A stretch of 24,691 bases of DNA from Promethearchaeota archaeon (GCA_048938895.1 JBHLLU010000036.1:1-24691), one strand, 5' to 3'. Positions 1 through 9,361 are shown, counted from the first letter of the stretch. A program made the numbers and translations. Notes: generated from the sequence alone by a model not told the origin.

Positions 1-95
1 CCAAAAGTAGGTAAATTTCGATCCCATAATCTTCGATAGATCATGTTATTTTTCTCTCTGAACCGTTGGTATCTTGTTTTATCTATCTCATACAC
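1..95 (-). CDS. 5' fragment of a gene running off the window edge; possibly the N-terminus of a reductive dehalogenase-like protein
   Basis: Not in the ORF track. Manual translation from GTG at 95 gives (M)YEIDKTRYQRFREKNNMIYRRLWDRNLPTFG, open to position 1; the upstream in-frame stop is at 135-137. The Y-E-I-D..Y.RF..KN.M..R..WD pattern resembles RdhA-family N-terminal segments as I recall them. Only 31 codons are visible. Confidence 0.4.
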   Translation of the reverse strand, partial: MYEIDKTRYQRFREKNNMIYRRLWDRNLPTF

Positions 96-158
96 GGTTA
101 TAAACCTAGTCTTATTATGATCCGAATTATAGATTTATTCTAATAAGAATAAAGGTTT

Positions 159-200
159 TAAAAAAAAAATATTTACTTAATGAAAAAAAAAAGCAAAAGC
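159..200 (-). terminator. Oligo-T terminator region downstream of the radical SAM gene
   Basis: Long A runs on + (T runs on -) at about 160-169 and 183-192, just after the stop at 208; typical of archaeal intrinsic termination. Confidence 0.5.
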
Positions 201-207
201 TCTTTTA

Positions 208-1236
208 TTAGCATATTCTATAGGGTAATTTTGTACCAGGAGAAATTGTATCAATATATTTTTTCCTAAATTCTTCATTCAGCATTGGGCATTCCTTGCT
301 TGTCCAGTCCTCTGAAAACATCGAATGACCCCACATTCTATCTAAAATTGTTTTTAGCGGTTCTTCTCTAACATTCCCGAAAGCTATAGGCATAAAACAG
401 CAAGGCATTACATCCCCATATGGTGAAATGTAAAAATACGCTTGACCTGCTACTCCTGCACACTGACTTGAAGTTTGAGTTTGAAAATAGAAATCTCTGC
501 AAACAAATGGAAAATCAGCAATTTTTCTAACTTTTTTCTCTTCTTCAAGTGTCAATTTTACTTCAGGATTATATAACCACCTTCCGGTCGCGGTTGGTAA
601 TAGATATCTAACTCCACTTGCGCCCATATCTCTTCCTAGCTTGATTACAGTCTCAAACTCGCCATTAGCTAGATTTTCTTTAGTAACATAGGTTGAAAGA
701 CAACATTTTAATCCCACTTCAAGAGCATTTTTTATTCCATGAATAGCTTTGTCAAATAATCCTTTCATTCCACGCAATTCATCGTGCTTCTCTGGAATAG
801 GGCTATCAATACTAACATAAAGCATCTCTAAACCACTATCCTTTAATTGTTTAGCATAATCCCTTGAGATTTTTATACCATTAGTATCACAAAATACATA
901 AACCGCCTTTTCCGATGCGTATTGTATTAATTCCATTAAATCTGATCTCATAGTAGGTTCTCCACCGAAGAAGTTAACTACGAATGCTTTTGCGGATTGA
1001 TCTAATATATCTTTAATCTCGTCAGTGGAAAGTTCTCGGGGCGGTTCATTTTCATAATTACCTACACAGCAATGTGGACAATTGAGTTGACAATTATATG
1101 TTATACCAAACATTAGATAAAAAACATCTGCAGTTCCTCTTGCACCCCCTCTTTCCTCATTATACCATTTTATCATATTTAGCTGGTCAAAAGCCAATGG
1201 AATTTTATTTCTTTCCCATAAATTTGTTCTTTCCAA
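208..1236 (-). CDS. Radical SAM protein with C-terminal SPASM/Twitch domain (PqqE/AhbC/NirJ-like superfamily)
   Basis: CxxxCxxC motif (CQLNCPHC), GGEP, TNG, VSIDS..HD..RG, and C-terminal CAG...YISPYGDVMPCCF..GNVRE..ECP. TTG start preceded by GGTGA. Confidence 0.9.
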   Translation of the reverse strand: MERTNLWERNKIPLAFDQLNMIKWYNEERGGARGTADVFYLMFGITYNCQLNCPHCCVGNYENEPPRELSTDEIKDILDQSAKAFVVNFFGGEPTMRSDLMELIQYASEKAVYVFCDTNGIKISRDYAKQLKDSGLEMLYVSIDSPIPEKHDELRGMKGLFDKAIHGIKNALEVGLKCCLSTYVTKENLANGEFETVIKLGRDMGASGVRYLLPTATGRWLYNPEVKLTLEEEKKVRKIADFPFVCRDFYFQTQTSSQCAGVAGQAYFYISPYGDVMPCCFMPIAFGNVREEPLKTILDRMWGHSMFSEDWTSKECPMLNEEFRKKYIDTISPGTKLPYRIC

Positions 1237-1447
1237 TGAATTATCACCAAAAATTCGATTCTGACCCTAAAATTATCTTAGTTTAAACTAGTATTATAAA
1301 TTTAATAGGATTATTCATAGTTTGCCGTATTAATTTATAAATATTTTTGCGCACTCTCAGCTTGATACTTTTTCTTCTAAATAAGGAGATAAAAAGGAGT
1401 TTTAATTTGTAATTTCACTATTAATCTCAATAAGTAATAATTAAAAT

Positions 1448-1840
1448 ATGGTCATAAAATTGTCAGAATCTAAAAGGTTTATCGTTGAGCTCGGGATGGG
1501 TGTGGATCAACACGGGCATAATAATGAATGTACTAATGCTGCAATTAAAGCTATTAAGAATGCAATCTCAAACAATTGTTTGTGTGGGCTTTCAGAAATA
1601 TATAATTTCACAGAATCAAAGGATATTAGTCGAATGGTAGTGCATGTGAAGATTGGAGCACCCTATCCAAAAAATATGGATGAAACAGAAGTGTTAAATG
1701 CAATTCCATTTGGGGAAAAATCAATTGAAGTTGTTCAAGGAGGTTTAATCGCTGAGGGAGTAATGATTAAAGAATTGGGCGATACTTCTAATCAAATTAT
1801 TATTTGTAATGCAGCGGTTACAGTTTCAGTAAGACTCTAA
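1448..1840 (+). CDS. Lin0512 family conserved protein
   Basis: ELGMGVDQHG...AAIKAIKNAI, VKIGAPYP, IPFG, V..GGL and NAAVTV match the Lin0512 family pattern. Confidence 0.85.
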   Translation: MVIKLSESKRFIVELGMGVDQHGHNNECTNAAIKAIKNAISNNCLCGLSEIYNFTESKDISRMVVHVKIGAPYPKNMDETEVLNAIPFGEKSIEVVQGGLIAEGVMIKELGDTSNQIIICNAAVTVSVRL

Positions 1841-1956
1841 ATCTATTTTTTCTTTCTTTTTAAGATTCTTTTACCTTATTGTCAGTTTTGTTTAGAAAGC
1901 AGTATGTTTTAAAAGTTCGAGAGTATAATTAAATTTAATTTTACCGGTGAAAATAA

Positions 1957-3273
1957 ATGGATATTGAATTATTTAACCAATATAAAAAGCTTGGAAGAGG
2001 AAGCTGGGGCAAGGACCTGACCCTTTGGAAGACAATGTATACAACTTTTTTAAATCCTCTCAAAAATGAAGAACTTACACCACTTAATGAAATGCTTCTC
2101 AATATCTTTCTCGATATACCTAAAGCACGTAAGGAACAAAAACCAATTATAATGCATCCTTTTAATTTTGAGCCTGAATTGTTTTTTGCAATGAATATAG
2201 AACCGCTGATGCAAGAAATAATAAGTGTAGGCCTTGCTCCTTTCCATTTAAACGAACCCTTTATTGATTTTGTAAATAAGGCAGGATATGGTGATAATCT
2301 TACAATATGTAATGCTCAAAGACCTTTTATTAGTCTAGCATTGCAAGGAACAGCACCGATTCCAGATTTACTTTTCTTTCTTTCAACACCATGTAATTCT
2401 TTGTCAATGTCTTACCAAGTTTATCAAAATTTAACAAATCTACCTTCATTTAATTTAGATATACCCTATTGGGCTTACAATCAAGAAGACGAATACTATG
2501 ATGGGAAAACTGTAAATTATGTCATTGATCAAATTAAGAACTGTATTGGTTGGTTAGAAAACAATACTTCTCTTCAATTTGAAGAGGAGAATTTTAAGAA
2601 AACGATGGATTTATGTAATCAAGCTCGTGGTTATGTTTTAGAATTTAATGAACTTTTAAAAGCAGTACCATGTCCAGTGACAAGTCAAACAGGTTTTTGG
2701 AATTTTTTCACCATGGTAACTCGAGGGGGAACCCCAGATGCAGTTAAGGTTACCAAATGGATGAGAGATGAGGCAGCAGAAAATGTGAAAAATAAAATAG
2801 GAGGTATTCCAGATGAAAAAATTAGAATTGCATGGCCGTACACCCATGTATTTTTTGATCAAAATCTTCTTTCATGGATTGAAAATTCTTTTAATGCTGT
2901 CGTGATAATGGACCTACTTGGTCATTATAAAGTTTTACCTCACTCAATAGAAACAACTGAGGATTGTTATGAAAGTTTAGGCGAAGGAATATTGGATGCT
3001 TCGATGGTTGGTAAATGCCGGGGACCAATTGAATATTATATAGAATATATGATTAATTTTATTAAAGAATACAAAATAGATTGTGTTATTATGCCTATGC
3101 ATTTTGCTTGTAAGCATGTCTCCATTATGGGACAAGTTACATTAGAAGCTATTAGAGACGAAATTAGTATTCCAAGTTTAATATTTGGTTGTGACTCTTA
3201 TGATTCCAGAGAAGTCACTTCAGAAACGATTAAAAGTAAAATCTCAGATTTTATTACTCAAGTTGTAATATAA
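1957..3273 (+). CDS. 2-hydroxyacyl-CoA dehydratase / benzoyl-CoA reductase family subunit (HgdA/FldB/BcrB-like), paralog 1
   Basis: Fe-S cysteines in ICNAQR, STPCNS and FACKH; LDIPY; EKIRIAW; EYKIDCVI; IPSLIFGCD.YDSR; sits next to a partner subunit and an activase. GGTGA RBS at about 1946-1950. Confidence 0.88.
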   Translation: MDIELFNQYKKLGRGSWGKDLTLWKTMYTTFLNPLKNEELTPLNEMLLNIFLDIPKARKEQKPIIMHPFNFEPELFFAMNIEPLMQEIISVGLAPFHLNEPFIDFVNKAGYGDNLTICNAQRPFISLALQGTAPIPDLLFFLSTPCNSLSMSYQVYQNLTNLPSFNLDIPYWAYNQEDEYYDGKTVNYVIDQIKNCIGWLENNTSLQFEEENFKKTMDLCNQARGYVLEFNELLKAVPCPVTSQTGFWNFFTMVTRGGTPDAVKVTKWMRDEAAENVKNKIGGIPDEKIRIAWPYTHVFFDQNLLSWIENSFNAVVIMDLLGHYKVLPHSIETTEDCYESLGEGILDASMVGKCRGPIEYYIEYMINFIKEYKIDCVIMPMHFACKHVSIMGQVTLEAIRDEISIPSLIFGCDSYDSREVTSETIKSKISDFITQVVI

Positions 3274-3388
3274 GAACTATTGAGATTTTTTTAAAATTAT
3301 TTTGAGCTAAACATTATGTTTTTAAACAGAAGAAGTATAAATTATATTGAATTGAATCCAAAAAATAATTCTAAATAAGGAAAAAATT

Positions 3389-4510
3389 ATGACAACTATT
3401 GAAAAATTTATTGAAGCAAATCCCCTTGAGAATCCATGGATTAGTAAATGGAAAAATGAAGGAAAGAAAGTTATGGGGTATTTTTGTTCATACATACCTG
3501 AAGAAATATTGTATGCTGCTGATATATTACCTATCAGGATGAGAGCAAGGTCCTGTACTGATACACCTATGGGAGATGCATATATGACTCCAACAGCTTG
3601 TAGTTTTACAAGATGTTGTCTTGAATTAGCGAATAGAAATGAATATAAATTCCTTGATGGAATAATTTCCAGCAATTCCTGTGATCAGATTAGACGGCTT
3701 TATGATAATATTAGATATAAAGCTCCATTTCCGTTTCATTATATTCTGGGCGTTCCAGGTTTTTTAAATACTACAACACTTGACTGGTTTAAACATGAGA
3801 TCTCAAAATTTAAAGAAACTTTGGAGGATCAATTTGATGTTAAGATTTCTAATGAAAAACTAAGAAAAGCCATAAAAACCTATAATGAATCTCGTACACT
3901 TCTTAAAGAATTATATATGCTTAGAAAAAAAGACAATCCTCCAATCACAGGTACTGAGACATTAAATATTCTTACAGGAGGAATTTCGATGCCAAGGGAA
4001 GAGTTTAATAATCTCCTATCCCAACAACTTAAAGAACTTAATACCAAAGAAGTTAACTCTGAGTATAAAGCAAGGATAATGGTAATTGGAAGTATGCTTG
4101 ATGAACCAGAGTATATGAAAATAATCGAAGACTTGGGAGGATTAATTGTTACTGATTCCCTCTGTTTTGGCTCTAGATATTTTTGGGATTTAGTTGATGA
4201 GAAAAAAGATCCACTAGATGCACTTACTGAACGTTACTTATCAAAAATATCATGCCCACGAATGACTGATGGACACCCCAAAAGAGCAGAATTTATGATG
4301 AATCTAATAAAAGAATTCAATGTAGATGGAGTTATTTTTCAAAGAATAAAGTTTTGTGCAATCTGGTGGGCAGAAATATTTATGTTGCGAAATAGATTAG
4401 AAAAGGAAGGAATTCCATTTCTCGAATTAGAAAGAGAGTATGTATTGAGTGGTGCTGGTGCCATGAGAACAAGAGTTCAGACATTTATTGAAATATTAGA
4501 AGGGAGGTGA
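3389..4510 (+). CDS. 2-hydroxyacyl-CoA dehydratase / benzoyl-CoA reductase family subunit (HgdB/FldC/BcrC/BzdN-like)
   Basis: WK..GKKVMGYFCSYIPEEILYAA.ILP, ACSF, NSCDQIRR, DSLCFGSRYF, SCPR, VDGVIF..KFC, IPFLELE.EY, RTRVQTFIE. Confidence 0.92.
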   Translation: MTTIEKFIEANPLENPWISKWKNEGKKVMGYFCSYIPEEILYAADILPIRMRARSCTDTPMGDAYMTPTACSFTRCCLELANRNEYKFLDGIISSNSCDQIRRLYDNIRYKAPFPFHYILGVPGFLNTTTLDWFKHEISKFKETLEDQFDVKISNEKLRKAIKTYNESRTLLKELYMLRKKDNPPITGTETLNILTGGISMPREEFNNLLSQQLKELNTKEVNSEYKARIMVIGSMLDEPEYMKIIEDLGGLIVTDSLCFGSRYFWDLVDEKKDPLDALTERYLSKISCPRMTDGHPKRAEFMMNLIKEFNVDGVIFQRIKFCAIWWAEIFMLRNRLEKEGIPFLELEREYVLSGAGAMRTRVQTFIEILEGR

Positions 4511-4516
4511 AGAGGA

Positions 4517-5833
4517 ATGGATGAAGAATCATTTCAAAAATACAAAAAATTAGGAAGAGGAAGCTGGGATAAGGATCTGACTCTCTGGAAAACTATGTAT
4601 AAAGGTTTCGTGACCCAAAATAAAGACGTAGAATTAACGCCATTTATTGAATTATTATTAGATGTATTCCTAAGCATCCCCCGAGCACGTAAGGAGGGAA
4701 GTCCTATAATTATGCATCCATTCAACTTTGAACCTCCAATATTTCATGCTATGAATATAACCCCATTAATGCAAGAAATTTTCAGTGTTGGTTTAGCTCC
4801 GACCCATCTTAACGAATTTTATATTGATCTAACTAATAAAATGGGATACGGGGATAACCCTACACTTTGTAATGCACAGAGACCATTAATTGGCTCTTAT
4901 ATGCAAGGTGCAGCTCCCATGCCCGATTTGCTTTTTTATGTATCAACACCGTGTAATTCCCTAGCAATGAATTATCAGGTTTTCCAAGAATTAACAAAAC
5001 TTCCAACATTTAATATGGATATGCCCTATTGGAATTATGAACAATCTGAGGAATTTTATGACGAGAGAACGCTTGAATATATGGTTAAACAGATAAAAGA
5101 CTTTATTGCTTGGTTGGAAAAGCAGACTAACCAGAAACTTGACCCAGAAAAACTAAAACAGGCAATGATCTGGATTAATGAAGCAAGGCAAAACGTTTTA
5201 GAATTCAATGAGCTTCTAAAAACGGTACCATGCCCTGTACCTAGTCAGACAGGGTTTGGAAATTTTTTCACTATGATAACTCGTGGAGGTACTTTCGATG
5301 GTGTAAAAGCAACCAAATTTATTCGTGATACTGCCGCAGAAAATGTCAAAAAAGGTATTGCTGGCGTTCCAGGAGAGAAACTAAGGATTGCATGGCCTTA
5401 TACACATGTGTTTTTTGACCAAGAGCTATTACCCTGGATAGAAGAGACTTTTCAATCAGTAGTAATTATGGATTTACTTGGATATTATCCTGTTTTACCT
5501 CATGATGTATCAACAATAGAAAAATGTTATGAAAGCCTTGCTATGGGAACTTTGGATTTTTCAATGATTGGTTCATGTAGGGGCCCTGCAGAATATTATG
5601 TTGATTTTGTTCTAAATTATGTAAAGGAATATAAAATAGATTGTGTTATAATTCCAATGCAATTTGCTTGTAAACATGCATATCTTATAACTAGGATTGC
5701 TGCTGAAGCTGTTCGTGAACAATTGGGGATTCCTACCTTGATTTTTGGAGTAGATCCTTATGATTCACGAGAGGTGACTTCAGAAACAGTGAGAAGTAGG
5801 ATAACCGATTTTTTAACTCAAGTAGTCTTGTAA
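4517..5833 (+). CDS. 2-hydroxyacyl-CoA dehydratase / benzoyl-CoA reductase family subunit (HgdA/FldB/BcrB-like), paralog 2
   Basis: Same length (438 aa) as 1957..3273 and colinear with it (YKKLGRGSW.KDLTLWKTMY, IIMHPFNFEP, CNAQRP, STPCNSL, RIAWPYTHVFFDQ, CRGP.EYY, FACKH, YDSREVTSET). GGAGGTGA RBS overlaps the upstream stop codon. Confidence 0.88.
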   Translation: MDEESFQKYKKLGRGSWDKDLTLWKTMYKGFVTQNKDVELTPFIELLLDVFLSIPRARKEGSPIIMHPFNFEPPIFHAMNITPLMQEIFSVGLAPTHLNEFYIDLTNKMGYGDNPTLCNAQRPLIGSYMQGAAPMPDLLFYVSTPCNSLAMNYQVFQELTKLPTFNMDMPYWNYEQSEEFYDERTLEYMVKQIKDFIAWLEKQTNQKLDPEKLKQAMIWINEARQNVLEFNELLKTVPCPVPSQTGFGNFFTMITRGGTFDGVKATKFIRDTAAENVKKGIAGVPGEKLRIAWPYTHVFFDQELLPWIEETFQSVVIMDLLGYYPVLPHDVSTIEKCYESLAMGTLDFSMIGSCRGPAEYYVDFVLNYVKEYKIDCVIIPMQFACKHAYLITRIAAEAVREQLGIPTLIFGVDPYDSREVTSETVRSRITDFLTQVVL

Positions 5834-5849
5834 AGAGGGATTACATAGT

Positions 5850-6632
5850 ATGATTGTAGCTGGATGTGATGTAGGTTCTTTAACTGGAAAAGCTGTAATA
5901 TTAAAAGATGGTAAGGTTTTATCCTATAGCATTGTCCCAACGACGCCGAAACCGGAAAGAACTGCTAAGAATGCAATGGATGCAGCACTTATAAAAGAAA
6001 ATTTAAGTCTAAATGACATTGAATTTATTGTAGGTACTGGATATGGAAGAGTAAAAATTCCTTTCGCGAATTCAGAAATATCTGAATTAACCTGTCATGG
6101 AAGGGGAGCTCATTCATTTATCCCATCAATAAGAACAATAATTGACGTAGGAGGTCAAGATTGTAAAGTAATAAAAGTAGATAAGAATGGAAAGATTCTT
6201 GATTTTGCTATGAATGATAAATGCGCGGCAGGAACAGGGAGGTTTCTTGAAGTTATGGCTAAAACATTGGAATTAAAACTTGAAGAACTTGGACCTATTT
6301 CTTTAGAAGCTAAAAACCAGGCTAAAATTACTGCACAATGTAGTGTTTTTGCTGAGACTGAAGTTGTGAGTCTTATGGCTGATGGAATAGAAGTCTCTGA
6401 TATAGTTGCCGGAATTCATGATGCCATTGCATCTAGAATAATGTCTCTTGTCTATAGAGTCGGTCTCGAAGAGGATTTCACCATAACTGGAGGAGTTGCT
6501 AAAAATACAGGAGTTGTTACATATCTTGAGAAAAGAATTGGCGTTGAAGCAAAAGATTTACCTATTGATCCTCAGATAATAGGGGCTTTAGGAGCAGCGT
6601 TAATTGCTAAAGACCAGTTAGAATCTCAATAA
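5850..6632 (+). CDS. ATP-dependent CoA-substrate-specific enzyme activase (HgdC/FldI/BcrAD/BadFG family, ASKHA fold)
   Basis: GCDVGSLTGK, GTGYGR, SELTCHGRGA, IDVGGQDCK, MNDKCAAGTGRFLE, CSVFAETEV, TGGVAKN, PQIIGALGAAL. Confidence 0.96.
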   Translation: MIVAGCDVGSLTGKAVILKDGKVLSYSIVPTTPKPERTAKNAMDAALIKENLSLNDIEFIVGTGYGRVKIPFANSEISELTCHGRGAHSFIPSIRTIIDVGGQDCKVIKVDKNGKILDFAMNDKCAAGTGRFLEVMAKTLELKLEELGPISLEAKNQAKITAQCSVFAETEVVSLMADGIEVSDIVAGIHDAIASRIMSLVYRVGLEEDFTITGGVAKNTGVVTYLEKRIGVEAKDLPIDPQIIGALGAALIAKDQLESQ

Positions 6633-6636
6633 AACA

Positions 6637-6665
6637 TTTTTTTTTAATTTTTAAAAAAAAAAAAA
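6637..6665. terminator. Bidirectional oligo-T terminator between convergent operons
   Basis: T9-AA-T5 followed directly by A13, lying between the stops at 6632 (+) and 6685 (-). Confidence 0.7.
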
Positions 6666-6684
6666 TTGTAAGTATTTTAATATT

Positions 6685-7926
6685 TTAGATCGCTTTTCTG
6701 ATTAATTCTGAAATGTCAAATGTCTGAATTTTATTATTTTCTATATTAGATTTAAACTGATTTAAACAAAATGGACATGAGGATACAAGAGCGTCAGCAT
6801 TTGTTTCCAAAGCTTCTTCTATTCGTTCTTTAGCTGCAAAGGAGGACAAATCTTTAAAGGCAGATCGAACACCTCCTCCAGAACCACAACACCACGCATT
6901 ATGCCTATTTCGTGTCATTTCTACTAATTCTATCCCAGGAATTAATTCCAATACATCTCTTGGAGCCTTATACATACCCATATGGCGTCCTAAATGACAA
7001 GGATCATGGTAGGTGACTCTCATTTTTACCTCATTTTTAAACATATTTTCCTTACTTTTTGCTTCTCTTCGAATGAAATCGGGTAAATGTTGAATTTCAA
7101 TTCCATGATCTAAATTAAATTTATTTGGATATGTATCTTTTAAAGTTCTGTAACATCCAGCACAAGAAGTAATAATCTTTTCAATTCCGCTTTCTTTAAA
7201 ACTTGCTACATTCATGTTTGCTAATTCAACTGCCTTATCAGTTTGACCTGTCATATATACAGGAGACCCACAGCATACTTCCTTTTCTATAAACTTAAAT
7301 TCAATACCCAGTGTATTTAAAGTTTCTGCTGTAGCTATGGCAATATTTTGTTCTCTATAACTTGCGGTACATCCCACAAAATAACCCAATTTAGCATCTG
7401 GTGATTGTTTAATATGTGAAGGCAACCAATTCAATCTATCTTCATTTTTTTCCATATAAGGGTTATTTTCAATCATTATATGATCTGTATACTTCGTTTG
7501 TTCTGGCATAGGACCGTATCCCCACTTGACTGCTTCTTCTCTCATGGCCATTAACCATTCTCCTGCATAAGTGTGAATTTCGGGTATCTGGCATTGCTGT
7601 ACGCATGCCATACAAACAGAGCATTGATAAAATATTTTTGCTAGTTCTTCACTCCATTTGAGTTTATCTGTAGATATTGCCCACGTCAATAAGTTCTTTC
7701 CCCCAAGATAATAAGCTTCAAACTTTCCAAATTCACCAGAAGGGCAAACCCGAGACCAATAGGCATCTCTATAGACTGTTCTACAGGTTCCACATTTACC
7801 ACATTGAAAGAATGTCTCCTCATAATGTTTTAGGTCTTGGTGTCTCTCAAGTTTCTGATTCTCATGTGCTAAGGTTATTTTAGAGATCCCCTTTCCTGGT
7901 ATATTTCTTATTCTTCTCTTAGACAT
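6685..7926 (-). CDS. Fe-S oxidoreductase with 4Fe-4S dicluster and two CCG domains (HdrD/GlpC/GlcF-like)
   Basis: CGKCGTC...CP and CSVCMACVQQC; GCT..CCG..SCAGC; YHDPCHLGR..CCGSGGG..SCPFC. Starts 1 bp after the upstream gene's stop. Confidence 0.93.
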   Translation of the reverse strand: MSKRRIRNIPGKGISKITLAHENQKLERHQDLKHYEETFFQCGKCGTCRTVYRDAYWSRVCPSGEFGKFEAYYLGGKNLLTWAISTDKLKWSEELAKIFYQCSVCMACVQQCQIPEIHTYAGEWLMAMREEAVKWGYGPMPEQTKYTDHIMIENNPYMEKNEDRLNWLPSHIKQSPDAKLGYFVGCTASYREQNIAIATAETLNTLGIEFKFIEKEVCCGSPVYMTGQTDKAVELANMNVASFKESGIEKIITSCAGCYRTLKDTYPNKFNLDHGIEIQHLPDFIRREAKSKENMFKNEVKMRVTYHDPCHLGRHMGMYKAPRDVLELIPGIELVEMTRNRHNAWCCGSGGGVRSAFKDLSSFAAKERIEEALETNADALVSSCPFCLNQFKSNIENNKIQTFDISELIRKAI

Positions 7927-7927
7927 A

Positions 7928-9361
7928 CTAATCTTCTCCTCTACCTTGTCCTGGATTCATAATTTTATTTGGATCAAGAAGTTTCCTAATTTTTTCTATT
8001 AAAACACCTGTCGCAGGAAAGATTTTCTCCTTATGTGATTGATATGCCCATTTTGGTGATTTATACATTATTGCACCATCAATTTGCTGAACCTCTTCAT
8101 GAATTTCTTTTAAGAGATCTCTTGCTTTTGCGATATCCTCTGGATCATTTTTATTAAAATTAATATTGGTGCGCGCAACACTATAATGTCCACCAAACAT
8201 TATTCTACTGTAAAATTGCGGGGGTTTATTATATTTCAAACATACTTCCCTAGCTGCATTGTAATAATTTACTATATCTCCAGTTGAGCAATACGAACCA
8301 ATCCATTCACCACCACCGCCCCTAGAGAAATTCCAGCAACCCCAAACCTGAGTTGGGGGTACATCAATAGCTTCCACACCTTGTTCTCTTGACATAAGTT
8401 GAATGTTGCCTTTTTTACAGATATTCATAATAGCTTCACATTGAGCTTCATGTTGTTTCGCAGTATATGCTTGAGTTGCAATAATACATACAAAATCAGG
8501 CATTCCTTCTTTTATACCATCTCTAGGAACGTTTTTCTCATTTAAATTCTGAACTGATTGACTCCACCCGAGATTGACTACAACAATATCAACAATTCCA
8601 AGTCCTGCCTTGGCAAGCTCTAGCATTACAGGAATTCCATCATCCATTCTGAGTGTTGCACCTGTAAAAATCTCATTAAAGGGTAATCTTGGCCATAATT
8701 TAATAGCAGCTTTAGTTACAATTCCGGTTGTGCCTTCCCATCCTATAAATAATCCGGCTAAATCGGGTAATGGTTGTCTTCCATACCATTTATCAGAAAT
8801 TGCACAAGAACCTATTTTAACAAGTTCTCCAGAGCCGAGTACAGCTTCTAAACCGTTTAAAAACTCCGCACCAGACCCCCCAATCATACCAAGATCAAAC
8901 ATTCCATAACAGAGACATGAGGGAACTACTCCTGTGCCTGGAGGAGACCATGTTATACCTGCTCTTAGAGAGGGGTGATATTTTTCGAGATATCCTTGTA
9001 AATCTGCCCATGTTATTCCCCCTTCGACTATAGCATACATATCATTCTCATTTACTTCTAATACTCGATTTAATCTCCTTAGATCAACAACGATCCCTCC
9101 TTTTCTAGGGGTAGCTAGAGAACCAAAGTTTATGCCTGAAACCCACGGGACTATAGGTATTTTATGAACATTTGCAAGTTTGACTATTTCTTGAACTTCC
9201 TCTGCGGAATTAGGCATAATTACAATATCACATTTTCCCTCTGGCTCAGCTGTTATGAAATCATAATGATAAAGAAATTGCATTTCAGGTTGATCAGAAA
9301 CATACTTCTCTCCCACAATTCCTGCTAATTCTGTAATAATTTCGTTATCTATCATTTTCAT
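7928..9361 (-). CDS. FAD-binding oxidoreductase, VAO/PCMH-type FAD domain (GlcD/D-lactate dehydrogenase-like superfamily)
   Basis: P.SAEEVQ.IVKLAN..IPIVP..SG.N, GGIVVDLRRLNRVLEV, VEGGIT, GLEAVLGSGE, PDLAGLFIGWEGTTGIVTKA, C-terminal LDPNKIMNPG. Confidence 0.92.
   Translation of the reverse strand: MKMIDNEIITELAGIVGEKYVSDQPEMQFLYHYDFITAEPEGKCDIVIMPNSAEEVQEIVKLANVHKIPIVPWVSGINFGSLATPRKGGIVVDLRRLNRVLEVNENDMYAIVEGGITWADLQGYLEKYHPSLRAGITWSPPGTGVVPSCLCYGMFDLGMIGGSGAEFLNGLEAVLGSGELVKIGSCAISDKWYGRQPLPDLAGLFIGWEGTTGIVTKAAIKLWPRLPFNEIFTGATLRMDDGIPVMLELAKAGLGIVDIVVVNLGWSQSVQNLNEKNVPRDGIKEGMPDFVCIIATQAYTAKQHEAQCEAIMNICKKGNIQLMSREQGVEAIDVPPTQVWGCWNFSRGGGGEWIGSYCSTGDIVNYYNAAREVCLKYNKPPQFYSRIMFGGHYSVARTNINFNKNDPEDIAKARDLLKEIHEEVQQIDGAIMYKSPKWAYQSHKEKIFPATGVLIEKIRKLLDPNKIMNPGQGRGED

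Noticed and set aside
1279-1290. Perfect 12-bp palindrome TAGTTTAAACTA upstream of the radical SAM gene
   Set aside because: Single AT-rich occurrence overlapping a probable TATA region; no second copy noticed.
1957-5833. The two 1317-bp paralogues as an assembly artefact or mobile-element-driven repeat
   Set aside because: They differ at many synonymous and non-synonymous positions throughout, and no transposase or terminal repeats are present, so this is an old gene duplication.
1957-6632. Firm call as class I benzoyl-CoA reductase (bcrABCD/bzdNOPQ)
   Set aside because: Only one activase-type gene is present and no dienoyl-CoA hydratase or ring-opening genes are in the window; motifs alone cannot separate reductase from dehydratase.
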